DNA of 64,000 nucleotides, taken from NCBI GenBank assembly GCA_965222715.1, contig OZ244961.1, forward strand, positions 268,609-332,608, in the 5' to 3' direction. The DNA comes from Minisyncoccota bacterium (GTDB lineage: Bacteria > Patescibacteriota > Minisyncoccia > Phycocordibacterales > JABMNX01). This document shows positions 38,097 through 48,060 of this stretch, piece by piece. A model generated the notes under the pieces. The model had not been told where the DNA came from. It saw only the letters and a list, made by a program, of their open reading frames with translations, and searched no databases. Positions within the stretch are counted from its first letter, which is position 1, and each line of letters begins with the position of its first letter. The translations under genes and the position numbers were made by a program.

Positions 38097-38409
38097 ACAT
38101 GAGGTGTAACTAGTCTCGCAAAGCGCTACTAGAACACCTTAGTTAGTTGATAAATGCTAATGTTTAAGAGCAAAATAAAAATCCGGCAATACACCGAATC
38201 ACTTTAATATTTTAACACATTGAAATATTCTGTCAATACCAGACAATGCTTTTGTATACTTGTACAGAGGTACTTTAAAATGGCTCTATAGAGCCATTAT
38301 TTAAAAGTATTAATAATAGTAAAGACAGTACTTACAAAGCCGGTTAACAGAGCGAGATTTTGTTTATTGTGATACCAGCGCTGATGAGATGCTTTTGACA
38401 TACTTCTTT

Positions 38410-39138
38410 TTATACACAAACCTGGTCGATAATAGTATTGTACGCTTCATCTACAGAATCAACGACAGTAAATATGTTTATATCTTCCGGTGATATTGTT
38501 TCGTACTTACTTATAAGATCTTTTTTAAACCATTCGACAAGCGGTGACCAATACTCTTTTCCAACGAGAACCATAGGAATTGGTTCGATTTTCTTGGTTT
38601 GTACCAATGTCGCAATTTCAAAAAATTCATCAAGGGTACCGAACCCTCCTGGGAAGTAAATGTAGACCTCAGAGGCAAAAGTGAGCATCACCTTCCGGCT
38701 AAAGAAATAGTGGAAGTTTTGGTTGTCAGTAGTGTATTCGTTTGTTGATTGCTCAAATGGAAGATTAATATTAATACCTACTGAATCCCCTCCTGCTTCA
38801 TGAGCACCTTTGTTTGCTGCTTCCATAACCCCAGCTGCGCCACCGGTGATAATTGCAAATCCTGATCGTGAAAGTTTGTACGCAAGCTCAGATGCTTGTT
38901 TATAGATATCACTATCAAGAGAACATCGAGCAGAGCCAAAAAATGTTGCTGCAAGATCATATTTTTGAAGTAATTCAAATCCTTCAGTAAATTCAGCTGC
39001 AATACGTCCAACTCGTTCAGGGATCGACTCATCATCATTCCCGTTATGAGGAAACTTTTGTCGATTTACTTTACACACACGGACTTCTGAATCCCCGTTT
39101 TTATGTAGTGTTACTTTTTTTGCTGCATCTTTGTCCAT
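38410..39138 (-). CDS. LOG family (TIGR00730-like) nucleotide phosphoribohydrolase
   Basis: FFGSAR, ITGG..GVMEAAN, RKVML, PGGFGTLDE; start set at ATG 39138. Confidence 0.9.
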   Translation of the reverse strand: MDKDAAKKVTLHKNGDSEVRVCKVNRQKFPHNGNDDESIPERVGRIAAEFTEGFELLQKYDLAATFFGSARCSLDSDIYKQASELAYKLSRSGFAIITGGAAGVMEAANKGAHEAGGDSVGININLPFEQSTNEYTTDNQNFHYFFSRKVMLTFASEVYIYFPGGFGTLDEFFEIATLVQTKKIEPIPMVLVGKEYWSPLVEWFKKDLISKYETISPEDINIFTVVDSVDEAYNTIIDQVCV

Positions 39139-39154
39139 ATTTCTATAGTGTATC

Positions 39155-39757
39155 TTATTTCTTCCCTTCTGCCATCCAGGGTATATCAAATGCTTCAAAT
39201 TGAGGTAACAGCTTTTTATCATATAGTAGCCGTGAAATAACCTCAGCGTGTGAAAGTGCTCCAGTAAGGGCATTATGTGGACTTGGCTCATCTGGAATAC
39301 CAACATAGTTAAGTACCGCATCTAGATCAAGTGCTGAGCGGTGTTTTGCAATGGGTATATTCTTCCCTCTCTTCACAATATGCATCCACGCAAGCGTGTG
39401 GGTATCAACAGTCCGATATGCGAGTTGCCAATCAAGCCCAGCTCGCTCAGCTGCAGCTTTTACAAAGTCACGATCAAATGAAACATTTTGTCCAGCAAGT
39501 GTACGATCCTCTACATCATTTGCCCATGCAAGAAACGCTCTTACCACCTCGCTCTCGGTCTTCTTAGATGGATCGGTAATCTCTGCCTCAGTAAAACCGT
39601 TTACTTCAAGCGCTCCGTCCATAATATGCGCACCATCCCAAATACGACATTCGTCATAGAATTGGTTGTTGGGGTTATCAAAATCAAGTGCCCCAATTGA
39701 GACAATAGAGTGTTTGTGGTATTCGGTTCCTGAAGCTTCAACGTCGAGGACTATCAT
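39155..39757 (-). CDS. DEDDh 3'-5' exonuclease (DnaQ/RNase T-like)
   Basis: LDVEASG, QNVSFD, DTH, HNALTGA. Confidence 0.85.
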   Translation of the reverse strand: MIVLDVEASGTEYHKHSIVSIGALDFDNPNNQFYDECRIWDGAHIMDGALEVNGFTEAEITDPSKKTESEVVRAFLAWANDVEDRTLAGQNVSFDRDFVKAAAERAGLDWQLAYRTVDTHTLAWMHIVKRGKNIPIAKHRSALDLDAVLNYVGIPDEPSPHNALTGALSHAEVISRLLYDKKLLPQFEAFDIPWMAEGKK

Positions 39758-39798
39758 ATATTAAATAAACTTTAAAGTATTATACGTAGTATAACAAC

Positions 39799-39836
39799 AA
39801 GGCGCCACCTGTTCTAAAAACAAGGTGACGCCTTTC
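39799..39836 (-). terminator. Hairpin terminator after the zinc-finger microprotein
   Basis: aaggcgccacc...ggtgacgcctt. Confidence 0.6.
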
Positions 39837-39841
39837 TCTTA

Positions 39842-40015
39842 CTAACTTGGCTCTTTACCAGAACCCCCACATCGACTGCAGTTAACTTTTCCGTTCGTGC
39901 AGCTCATGCAAATGGGACAGTGAACATCTGGAGAGGTGCCACTTCCACCACAGACATCGCAATTTTGTTTACCACTTCCTTTGCATTTAGTGCATTTATC
40001 CGATGACTTGGTCAC
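39842..40015 (-). CDS. 57-aa stand-alone DnaJ-type (CxxCxGxG) zinc-finger microprotein; not in ORF track
   Basis: SD AGGAG then GTG; MTKSSDKCTKCKGSGKQNCDVCGGSGTSPDVHCPICMSCTNGKVNCSRCGGSGKEPS*. Confidence 0.8.
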   Translation of the reverse strand: MTKSSDKCTKCKGSGKQNCDVCGGSGTSPDVHCPICMSCTNGKVNCSRCGGSGKEPS

Positions 40016-40050
40016 GGTTTTTCTCCTAAAAATTAGTACTGAGTTCTAGC

Positions 40051-40320
40051 TTACAAGTTTTTCTTTCTTTCTTCCAGTGCATTAATTTCTTTTGCCAACA
40101 TCCTGTCTTTTTCAGTAACAATGTTCCCCGCATCATGAGTCGTCATACTCACTTCTACATGATTATAATTTGTAATACATATGTCAGGATGATGTTGGTG
40201 TTTCTCAGCCAACTCCCCTATTTTATTTACAAATGCTAAGGATTCTGAAAAATCCTTACATACAAATGTGGCGTGTAGTATATTATTTTCTTCTTTCCAA
40301 TTATTTATATTAGTATTCAT
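40051..40320 (-). CDS. phhB: Pterin-4-alpha-carbinolamine dehydratase
   Basis: F..SLAFVNKIGELAE..HHPD, TTHDAG..TEKD..LA. Confidence 0.88.
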   Translation of the reverse strand: MNTNINNWKEENNILHATFVCKDFSESLAFVNKIGELAEKHQHHPDICITNYNHVEVSMTTHDAGNIVTEKDRMLAKEINALEERKKNL

Positions 40321-40327
40321 AGTTAGA

Positions 40328-40741
40328 TTATTCTAACCCCTTACAATTCCCTGCTGGGAGATATCCTGCTGCTCGAGCAGCTTCTATTGAAGGAAAAGTG
40401 ATCTTATTCACCTCAGAGATGCGCTGTGCTCCCGAGCACCATGGGAAATGATACTTATTACTATTTTTTGAAGCAACCACTACCCCATCACCAGGCTGAG
40501 TTTCTATGTTTTGATCTATACCCCGAAAGGAGGAGGTTTGTGCTGTTTGTTGTTGAGATACCCTATTTTCTGGGCTTGCTGTGATAGTAACCGGCTCTCT
40601 TACGCCCTCAAGCGCTGATAATCTACCCAATCCAAACCCAGCAGTACCTACCAAAATCACCACAAAAACAATAAAGAGGTCAGAGGGTAGAAATAATAAA
40701 AAACTCTTGACCCTAAGCGCTATTTCACGTATACTCTCCAT
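40328..40741 (-). CDS. Membrane-anchored protein with C-terminal Ada-metal-binding-like domain
   Basis: One TM (GFGLGRLS), VVASKNSNKYHFPWC..F.S...A.AAGY.PAGNC. Confidence 0.7.
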   Translation of the reverse strand: MESIREIALRVKSFLLFLPSDLFIVFVVILVGTAGFGLGRLSALEGVREPVTITASPENRVSQQQTAQTSSFRGIDQNIETQPGDGVVVASKNSNKYHFPWCSGAQRISEVNKITFPSIEAARAAGYLPAGNCKGLE

Positions 40742-40772
40742 ACTATAATTTGTAGTATATCAGTATCACTGT

Positions 40773-41045
40773 ATGGCACATAGAAAAGCGGGTGGAACAG
40801 CAAAAAACCTGCGAGATTCAAATCCTAAATATCTTGGTACAAAACTCTATGACGGCGCAAAAGCTAAAATAGGGTCTATTATCGTGCGTCAACGTGGCAC
40901 TAAAATTCTCCCTGGTAAAAATGTTGGTCTTGGTAGCGATCACACACTCTTTGCTCTCAAAGAAGGGATTGTAAAATTTCGCACCACTCGTAAAACTCGA
41001 TTTGATGGAAACACTGTTTCAAAGAAAACGGTAGACGTACAATAA
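40773..41045 (+). CDS. rpmA: 50S ribosomal protein L27
   Basis: [30 protein letters not shown]. Confidence 0.97.
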   Translation: MAHRKAGGTAKNLRDSNPKYLGTKLYDGAKAKIGSIIVRQRGTKILPGKNVGLGSDHTLFALKEGIVKFRTTRKTRFDGNTVSKKTVDVQ

Positions 41046-41064
41046 GAAAAATAGGTAACAAAAA

Positions 41065-41092
41065 AAAAACGATCCTTTGCGATCGTTTTTTG
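41065..41092. terminator. Bidirectional terminator between rpmA and rplI
   Basis: aaaaacgatc-ctttgc-gatcgttttt. Confidence 0.75.
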
Positions 41093-41110
41093 TTTTAATT
41101 TTATAGAAGT

Positions 41111-41554
41111 TTACGCTTCTTTAACGAGAAGTGCGAAAGAAGAATTCTTATCATTCACAGCAACGTTTATCGTATGCTCACCAGTTTCTTTTATTGGGGT
41201 TTTTAGTTCAATTGCATCTACAGGAAGATTAATGTGTACTTGTTTTTTTAACTCTTTCACAATATCTTCAGCAGCAATTCCTTTAAATAAATGACCTTTG
41301 TCATTTGCTTTTTGCACCATTCGTAACTGAACTGTCTTAAGATCTTCTAAATTTTTTTCAAGTAAATCTTCTTGAATTCTCTCCTCTTCATTCTGCACCT
41401 TCTTTTGTTCTTCAATTTCTTTAACTCGAGTGGGTGTTGCCCGTTCTGCTAACTTATTAGGCAATAAAAAATTCATTGCGTACCCATCAGATACTTCTTT
41501 TATATCAAACTTTTTTCCGCTCCCCTTAACATCGTGTAGTAAAATAACTTTCAT
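41111..41554 (-). CDS. rplI: 50S ribosomal protein L9
   Basis: [30 protein letters not shown]. Confidence 0.95.
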   Translation of the reverse strand: MKVILLHDVKGSGKKFDIKEVSDGYAMNFLLPNKLAERATPTRVKEIEEQKKVQNEEERIQEDLLEKNLEDLKTVQLRMVQKANDKGHLFKGIAAEDIVKELKKQVHINLPVDAIELKTPIKETGEHTINVAVNDKNSSFALLVKEA

Positions 41555-41599
41555 AATGACAAGTAGTATACCGTATTTTCTTCCTTTTCTAAAGCTTCA

Positions 41600-42859
41600 C
41601 TAAAGAGAGAGTAGGTATTCAGCTGCTCTCTCCATTTGTGGGTCAACACCATTTTCTATATCTTCAGCTGTACGTTCAACCTCAATATCAGGTGTGAGTC
41701 CCTGCTCAGAGATCGAGTGTCCTTTCGGGGTAAGCCAGCGAGCAATAGTAACTTTCAAAGAAGTGCTGTCGGTGATACTTACTAATTCTTGAACAGATCC
41801 TTTTCCAAATGTCTTCTCTCCGACAAGTGTTGCAACACCATGCTCACTTAGTGCACCTGCAAGAATTTCTGATGCAGAAGCAGATCCTTGGTTTACTACA
41901 ATCACCATTTTTAATTCATCACTAAAGACGTCGTACCCTCTTGAACGATGTACTTTTGATTTAATATCATCACCAAAATGCTCTTCTACTACCACGGTAC
42001 CGACTGGGAGAAACCAACTTGCGATATCAACTGACGCTTCAAGAAAGCCTCCAGGGTTACCACGAAGATCAAGAATAAGTTTGTCTGAACCAGATAGTAT
42101 AAAATCACGAAGTGCTTCACGGAAAAGGTGCTGGGAGAGTGCTGAGAAGTTGTATAGTTGAATAACAAACACACCATCATCTCGAAGACCAGCCCCATCT
42201 TCTGTGCTTGTGCTTATTGTTGGAATCTGTATAACATCACGCTCAACAGAAATAGTGAGCAGCTCTGACTCACCCTCTCGTAATATAGTAAAGACCACTT
42301 CAGTTCCCCTTTCACCTCGAATAAGCTTCACTGCCTGCTCAACTGGCATTTCACGAGATTCTCTTCCATCTATTTCAATAATAACGTCTCCAGCTTGTAT
42401 ACCAGCTCTGTATGCAGGAGTATCTTTAAGTGGAGAAACTACTGTTAATGATCCATCACGAGTACCGATTTCCATTCCCACACCCTCAAAATTTCCACTG
42501 ATATCCGCTTCAAATATTTCATTATCTTGTGGTGGTAGAAATACTGTGTACGGATCACCTAATGAGTCAGCAAGCCCTTGTGCGGCTCCCCAGACTCGAT
42601 CTTCACTGCTTATTTCTTCGGTACTACTCGCAGCAACATATTTTTCATCAATAACACTCCACGCACGCCATAATGGAGAAAAATCAACACCTTCAGGTGG
42701 CGTTATTTCGTTTTGTGTTAGTAAATTTGAAAGAGAACCAACACCACTTTCTTTGTTAGTTTCTGAGCCAACAAATACACCAAGACTAAATACTGCAATA
42801 ATGAGCACTGCAACACCAAGAGAAAGTGTAAGCTTGTGAACATGTTTTGGAGAATCCAT
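41600..42859 (-). CDS. ctpA: C-terminal processing protease, S41 family
   Basis: DPYT, PDZ domain, LDLRGNPGG, SASASEI, TFGKGSVQ. Confidence 0.92.
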   Translation of the reverse strand: MDSPKHVHKLTLSLGVAVLIIAVFSLGVFVGSETNKESGVGSLSNLLTQNEITPPEGVDFSPLWRAWSVIDEKYVAASSTEEISSEDRVWGAAQGLADSLGDPYTVFLPPQDNEIFEADISGNFEGVGMEIGTRDGSLTVVSPLKDTPAYRAGIQAGDVIIEIDGRESREMPVEQAVKLIRGERGTEVVFTILREGESELLTISVERDVIQIPTISTSTEDGAGLRDDGVFVIQLYNFSALSQHLFREALRDFILSGSDKLILDLRGNPGGFLEASVDIASWFLPVGTVVVEEHFGDDIKSKVHRSRGYDVFSDELKMVIVVNQGSASASEILAGALSEHGVATLVGEKTFGKGSVQELVSITDSTSLKVTIARWLTPKGHSISEQGLTPDIEVERTAEDIENGVDPQMERAAEYLLSL

Positions 42860-42966
42860 ACCGCGTCATTATCTCAAAATGAGTATACTTGGTCAACGCA
42901 TACGTATTGATATTCACGTATGTGCGTATGCACAATGAGTGCGTTAGTATAAAATAGAGACTATAT

Positions 42967-43881
42967 ATGATATCTGTACACAAACATAAACACCTCACTT
43001 GGGTTGATGTCGAATCACCTGACCCAGAAGAAATACGTGAGCTCATGGAGAGATATAATATTGATCCACTTGTTGCGGAAGAATTGCTCCTTCCTACGCT
43101 TAAGCCCCGAGTTGATAAGTATCCTAACTTTATTTATCTCATCCTCCACTTCCCCGCCGTACGACACGCCCACAGTATAGATCAGAACCAAGAAGTTGAT
43201 TTTATTATTGGAAAAGATTTCATTATTACGACACGATACGACAGCATTGACCCACTACATAAGTTCTCGAAAGTGTTTGAAGTTAATTCAGTGCTTGATA
43301 AAAGTGATATTGGTGAACATGCAGGATTTCTTTTCTTCTACATGGTTCGGAAGCTTTATAAATCAATTGAACACGAATTAGAGTATATTGATGATTCACT
43401 TGAAATTATCGAAGAAGATATTTTTGAAGGAAAGGAACGTGAAATGGTCACCGCTCTTTCTAATGTAAGTCGTGATTTACTTAATTTAAAGCAAGCGCTT
43501 ACGCCCCATCACGAAGTACTTAATTCATTTGCTGATGTTGGTAAGGAATTTTTTGGAGAAAAATTTGGATACCATATTAGTTCAATTATGGGTGAGTATT
43601 TCCGTATCCGAAACGGCATTTCAATACATACTGAAACCCTCTATGAACTCCGCCAAACCAACAACTCACTTCTTTCAACGAAGCAAAATGAGGTGATGAA
43701 AGTGTTAACCATTTTGGCATTTGTAACTTTCCCACTTATGCTCATTTCTTCAATCTTTGGTATGAACACTAAAATCCTTCCTATCGTTGGCGCACCCTTT
43801 GATTTTTGGATTATCATGGGCATAATGGTCTTTGCTACAGCATTTATGTTTATCTTCTTTAAACGAAAAGGCTGGCTATAA
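42967..43881 (+). CDS. corA: CorA family Mg2+ transporter
   Basis: NEVMKVLT, FGMN signature, two C-terminal TMs. Confidence 0.9.
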   Translation: MISVHKHKHLTWVDVESPDPEEIRELMERYNIDPLVAEELLLPTLKPRVDKYPNFIYLILHFPAVRHAHSIDQNQEVDFIIGKDFIITTRYDSIDPLHKFSKVFEVNSVLDKSDIGEHAGFLFFYMVRKLYKSIEHELEYIDDSLEIIEEDIFEGKEREMVTALSNVSRDLLNLKQALTPHHEVLNSFADVGKEFFGEKFGYHISSIMGEYFRIRNGISIHTETLYELRQTNNSLLSTKQNEVMKVLTILAFVTFPLMLISSIFGMNTKILPIVGAPFDFWIIMGIMVFATAFMFIFFKRKGWL

Positions 43882-43887
43882 ACCTTT

Positions 43888-45402
43888 ATGCGCATTCCTT
43901 TAGTATCGCTCTTTAAGCGGAAACAAGAACCAGAACAAACACCTCAAAGCCCTCTATTTCTTTTTAATACGCTTACGAAGAGAAAAGACACGTTCACTCC
44001 TCTCAAAAAAGAACAAGTGGGACTCTACACTTGTGGGCCAACAGTGTATGACCGTGCACATATTGGAAACCTGCGTTCATACGTCTTCTCTGACGTACTA
44101 CGTCGAGTTCTTGAATACAATGGATATAACGTAAAACAGATCATCAATATTACTGATGTTGGCCACCTCACCTCAGATGAAGACTCTGGTGACGATAAAA
44201 TGATGCTTGCTCTTAAACGAGAAGGGCTTCCTGTTACACTCACAGAAATGAAAAAAGTCGGAAGTACCTATACAAAACTATTTAAAGAAGATCTAAAAGA
44301 ATTAAATATAAAGACACCACACGCATTTCCTCGAGCGAGTGAGCACATAGAGGGACAGATTGCGTTCATTAAAACTCTTGAAGAAAAGGGTTATACCTAC
44401 CTCCTTAAAGATGGAGTATATTTCGATACAAACCGTTTTGAGCAGTATGGGGCACTGGGTGGTCTCTCTAAACAAGAACAAGAGACAGTGTCTCGCATTG
44501 GAGAACATAAAGATAAACGTAAGCAAGAAGATTTTGCACTTTGGAAACTATCCACTTCTGAGACACCGTCAGGAAAACCACTTGGATGGGACTCTCCATG
44601 GGGTATTGGGTTTCCTGGTTGGCATATTGAGTGCTCAGCCATGTCAACGCAGTATCTTGGAAAACAATTTGATATTCATACTGGTGGAGTGGATCATATC
44701 GCAATCCATCACAATAATGAAATAGCTCAAACAGAAGCGATTACGGGGAAGCAGTTCGTGCACTACTGGCTCCACAATACGTTTATCACTATAGAAAACA
44801 AAAAAATAGCAAAATCTGCTGGAAATAATATCTATCTCTATCAACTCCAAGACAGAGGGTACCCTGCATTTGCGTATCGATACTGGCTCTTAACTGGACA
44901 CTATCGCACTCCTATGAACTTTACTTGGGAAGCACTTGATGGAGCGTATCAAGCACTCATCAAACTCCACAAACAATTTCTTGATCTTGGCAATCGTAAT
45001 GGAGTGATTAACAAGGAGTATCAAAAAAAATTCTTGGAATATGTTAATGATGATCTTAATACCCCGAAAGCAATCGCCCTTCTCTGGGAGTTACTAGATG
45101 ATAGTTCTGTAAATAATAAAGATAAACGAGTCACCATTCTTGATATGAACCGTGTACTTGCTATTGGTTTCATCGAATCATACAAACAAATGAAAGAAAT
45201 GTTCGCGGGTGAGACCAAAAAAGTTGAAGTAAAAGAAGCTCCAAAAGATGTGCAGGAATTAGTCAAAGAACGTGAAGCAGCCCGCAACCAAAAAGATTGG
45301 GAAACTGCTGATACTTTGAGAGATCAAATTTCTAAAAAAGGCTATACGGTCTCAGATACTGACAGTGGTCCTGAATTAACGCAGAATGTAGACAGGAAAT
45401 AA
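43888..45402 (+). CDS. cysS: Cysteine--tRNA ligase
   Basis: CGPTVY, HIGN, PGWHIECSAM, DIHTGG, KIAKS. Confidence 0.96.
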   Translation: MRIPLVSLFKRKQEPEQTPQSPLFLFNTLTKRKDTFTPLKKEQVGLYTCGPTVYDRAHIGNLRSYVFSDVLRRVLEYNGYNVKQIINITDVGHLTSDEDSGDDKMMLALKREGLPVTLTEMKKVGSTYTKLFKEDLKELNIKTPHAFPRASEHIEGQIAFIKTLEEKGYTYLLKDGVYFDTNRFEQYGALGGLSKQEQETVSRIGEHKDKRKQEDFALWKLSTSETPSGKPLGWDSPWGIGFPGWHIECSAMSTQYLGKQFDIHTGGVDHIAIHHNNEIAQTEAITGKQFVHYWLHNTFITIENKKIAKSAGNNIYLYQLQDRGYPAFAYRYWLLTGHYRTPMNFTWEALDGAYQALIKLHKQFLDLGNRNGVINKEYQKKFLEYVNDDLNTPKAIALLWELLDDSSVNNKDKRVTILDMNRVLAIGFIESYKQMKEMFAGETKKVEVKEAPKDVQELVKEREAARNQKDWETADTLRDQISKKGYTVSDTDSGPELTQNVDRK

Positions 45403-45512
45403 GCCGCATATCAGGTTCTCCCCATATAAATCACACAAAGCCAACAAAAGCACTGAAATGACAAGATTTAGTGTTTTTTCTTTATGCTACAATGGCTCCA
45501 TACTAAAGTTGT

Positions 45513-46874
45513 ATGTCAAAAGATACGCGCATCCCCCCACAAAGTATTGATTCAGAAAAAGCTTTTCTTGGCTCAATTATGCTTAAACCAGATGCAATGC
45601 ATGAAGTTGTTGATATGGTTAAATCTGACTCTTTCTATAGTGAAAAACACCGCATTATTTACGATGCAATGCTCTCATTGTTTGAGAGAAATGAGCCAAT
45701 TGATCTCCTTTCTCTTTCAACAAAACTTAAGGAAAAGAAACAACTTGAACAAATTGGTGGGAATACATATCTGACTGAGTTAGTAAACTTTGTACCATCT
45801 GCCGCAAACATCAAGCACTACGCGGATATTGTGCAGAAAAAGTACATGATGCGTAATCTCATACACGCAGCTGATCATATTTCAGAACTTGGATATGAAG
45901 AAGATAGTGAGGTTGAGCATGTTCTTGATTCAGCGCAATCAAAAATTCTTGAAGTAACTAACTCCCCTACTCTCCAAAAGTTTATTGCATTGAAAGACAC
46001 TCTTACAGAAGCATGGGAGCGGCTTGAGCATTTACACCAATCAAAAGATGAGTTGCGGGGAGTTAAGAGTGGTTTTAAAGAACTTGATAATTTACTCGCC
46101 GGATTTCAAAAATCAGACCTAGTTATTCTTGCGGCTCGGCCATCTATGGGTAAAACCTCTCTGGCACTTGATATCGCTCGACAAACTGCGGTGCAACACA
46201 AGACACCAGTGGGTATCTTTTCTCTTGAGATGAGTGCGCAACAGTTGGTTGATCGTATGCTTGCTGCTCAGTCACACGTTAATGCATGGAAGCTTCGTAC
46301 CGGAAAGCTCTCAACCGATGAAGAGTTTGATAAACTGCAAGATGCGCTCAACGTACTCTCTCAAGCACCTATTTATATTGATGATAAAGCATCAAGTAAT
46401 GTGCTTCAGATGCGTGCTGTTGCACGACGTCTCAAGCATGAGAAAGGTCTTGGTTTGATTATTATCGACTATCTCCAGCTTATTATGCCAACGGATGGAC
46501 GACGTTCTGATTCAATGGTGCAACAAGTAACTGAAATCTCACGTGCACTTAAAGGTATGGCACGAGAGCTTGATGTGCCAGTTATTGCACTCTCTCAGCT
46601 TTCACGTGCAGTTGAACAACGTCGTGGTCGCCCTCGCCTCTCAGACCTCCGTGACTCTGGTTCTATTGAGCAAGATGCTGATGTCGTTATGTTTATTCAC
46701 CGTGATGATAAGATGAATGAAAATTCAGACCGACCAAATATCGCTGAAGTACTTGTTGAGAAGCACCGAAATGGACCTGTTGGCAAAGTAGAATTCTACT
46801 TTGATGAACAGAAAGCAACATTTCTTTCAATTGATAAAAGTGACTTTCACGGTGCTGAAACTGAAGACTTTTAA
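45513..46874 (+). CDS. dnaB: Replicative DNA helicase
   Basis: AARPSMGKT, IIDYLQL, LSQLSR, DLRDSGSIEQDAD, KHRNGP; no intein. Confidence 0.97.
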   Translation: MSKDTRIPPQSIDSEKAFLGSIMLKPDAMHEVVDMVKSDSFYSEKHRIIYDAMLSLFERNEPIDLLSLSTKLKEKKQLEQIGGNTYLTELVNFVPSAANIKHYADIVQKKYMMRNLIHAADHISELGYEEDSEVEHVLDSAQSKILEVTNSPTLQKFIALKDTLTEAWERLEHLHQSKDELRGVKSGFKELDNLLAGFQKSDLVILAARPSMGKTSLALDIARQTAVQHKTPVGIFSLEMSAQQLVDRMLAAQSHVNAWKLRTGKLSTDEEFDKLQDALNVLSQAPIYIDDKASSNVLQMRAVARRLKHEKGLGLIIIDYLQLIMPTDGRRSDSMVQQVTEISRALKGMARELDVPVIALSQLSRAVEQRRGRPRLSDLRDSGSIEQDADVVMFIHRDDKMNENSDRPNIAEVLVEKHRNGPVGKVEFYFDEQKATFLSIDKSDFHGAETEDF

Positions 46875-46882
46875 TACCTACT

Positions 46883-47491
46883 ATGGATAGCATTCACAAA
46901 CTTACAGAACTGTTTACTCGCCTTCCTGGTATTGGTCCCCGCCAAGCACAGCGCTTTACATATTACCTCCTCTCTGCGCCAGCAGGATATCGTAGCGAAC
47001 TAATCCGACTTATTGGTTCATTAAAAGACGAAGCAAAGACATGTCCCTCATGTCAGCGTTTTCACTCAAATCACGCTGAATTATGCACGACCTGCGCTGA
47101 CACTGGCAGAGACGAGACACTTCTTATGGTGGTTGGGAAAGATATTGATCTTGATAATGTAGAGCGCACAAAAGATTATCATGGCTACTATTTCGTGCTT
47201 GGCGGCACCGTTCCGCTGCTTGAGAAAAAGGAAAATCCATTTATAAAAGAAAAAGAGCTTCTTACTACCGTTGAAAGAAGAATACAAAATGGGTTACAAG
47301 AGATTGTACTTGCATTTTCACTAAATCCAGAAGGAGAACACACTACCCAACACGTACAAAAACTTCTTACTTCCCTATCAGAAAAACACTCTTTTAAAAT
47401 ATCAGTACTTGGTCGAGGACTTTCAACTGGTTCAGAGCTTGAATACTCAGATCCAGAGACACTTAAAAATGCTTTAAAAAATCGAGTCTAA
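46883..47491 (+). CDS. recR: Recombination mediator RecR
   Basis: LPGIGPRQAQR, C4 zinc finger, Toprim, ELEYSD. Confidence 0.93.
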   Translation: MDSIHKLTELFTRLPGIGPRQAQRFTYYLLSAPAGYRSELIRLIGSLKDEAKTCPSCQRFHSNHAELCTTCADTGRDETLLMVVGKDIDLDNVERTKDYHGYYFVLGGTVPLLEKKENPFIKEKELLTTVERRIQNGLQEIVLAFSLNPEGEHTTQHVQKLLTSLSEKHSFKISVLGRGLSTGSELEYSDPETLKNALKNRV

Positions 47492-47520
47492 TTGACAAAC
47501 ATAAAAAATGTGTTTAAAAT
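47492..47520 (+). promoter_or_regulatory. Sigma70 promoter of orphan cassette
   Basis: TTGACA-17-TAAAAT, then boxA-like tgttctttag and SD GAGGAGG. Confidence 0.65.
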
Positions 47521-47554
47521 TAGCACAACTGTTCTTTAGTATGAGGAGGAAGAA

Positions 47555-48046
47555 ATGCGCTTTGCATATGGCGCTACTAGGTGGGTTATTATAACCAACC
47601 AGTACGCAATCAAAATTGCTCGTTTCCGCCCCCTACGTCCGTTTATCAGATTAATCGATGCTTTTGGGAAAAAAGAGGTGGGTCCCTGTCTCAAAAAACA
47701 TCACGAGAACCCACTTCTTGCGTCGATCAAGTATCTTTTTGCGGGCGTAGTGGCAAACTACACTGAATATCAAGTGTACAAGAAATATTCTGAACTTGAA
47801 GAACTTGCCCCAACTCTGACCACCTTTTTCTTCTTGGTAAACATTCAGATCAGTGGGAGACAAGCGACGGAAGAAGATTTGAACGGTAGCGTCATTTTTA
47901 ATACCCTTCATGAGTATTTCTTAGGAGACACTGCTGACGCAAAGCAGTTTTGTCTTGTTGATGAGCAGGTACGGCTTGTTGATTATGGCGATGAAAAACT
48001 GTATCCCCTGCTCGCAACCTACAGCAAACTGAAAACCGCCCCTTAG
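47555..48046 (+). CDS. Hypothetical protein with minimal kinase-like motifs
   Basis: GATR..YAIK, N..E, D....QF, LVDYG; strong SD; stop codon lies inside a GC hairpin. Confidence 0.6.
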   Translation: MRFAYGATRWVIITNQYAIKIARFRPLRPFIRLIDAFGKKEVGPCLKKHHENPLLASIKYLFAGVVANYTEYQVYKKYSELEELAPTLTTFFFLVNIQISGRQATEEDLNGSVIFNTLHEYFLGDTADAKQFCLVDEQVRLVDYGDEKLYPLLATYSKLKTAP

Positions 48047-48060
48047 GGGGCGGTGTTTAT

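Noticed and set aside
38410-39321. 303-aa version of the LOG ORF
   Set aside because: The extension overlaps the exonuclease gene on the same strand; ATG 39138 gives a normal arrangement
42204-42839. Long antisense ORFs (e.g. 42204-42839, 20976-21527, 11935-12498, 63129-63614)
   Set aside because: Shadows opposite well-supported genes; Ser/Thr-rich, with no motifs or initiation signals
45513-46874. Intein or intron in dnaB or ribosomal genes
   Set aside because: Lengths are normal and motifs contiguous; no insertion seen
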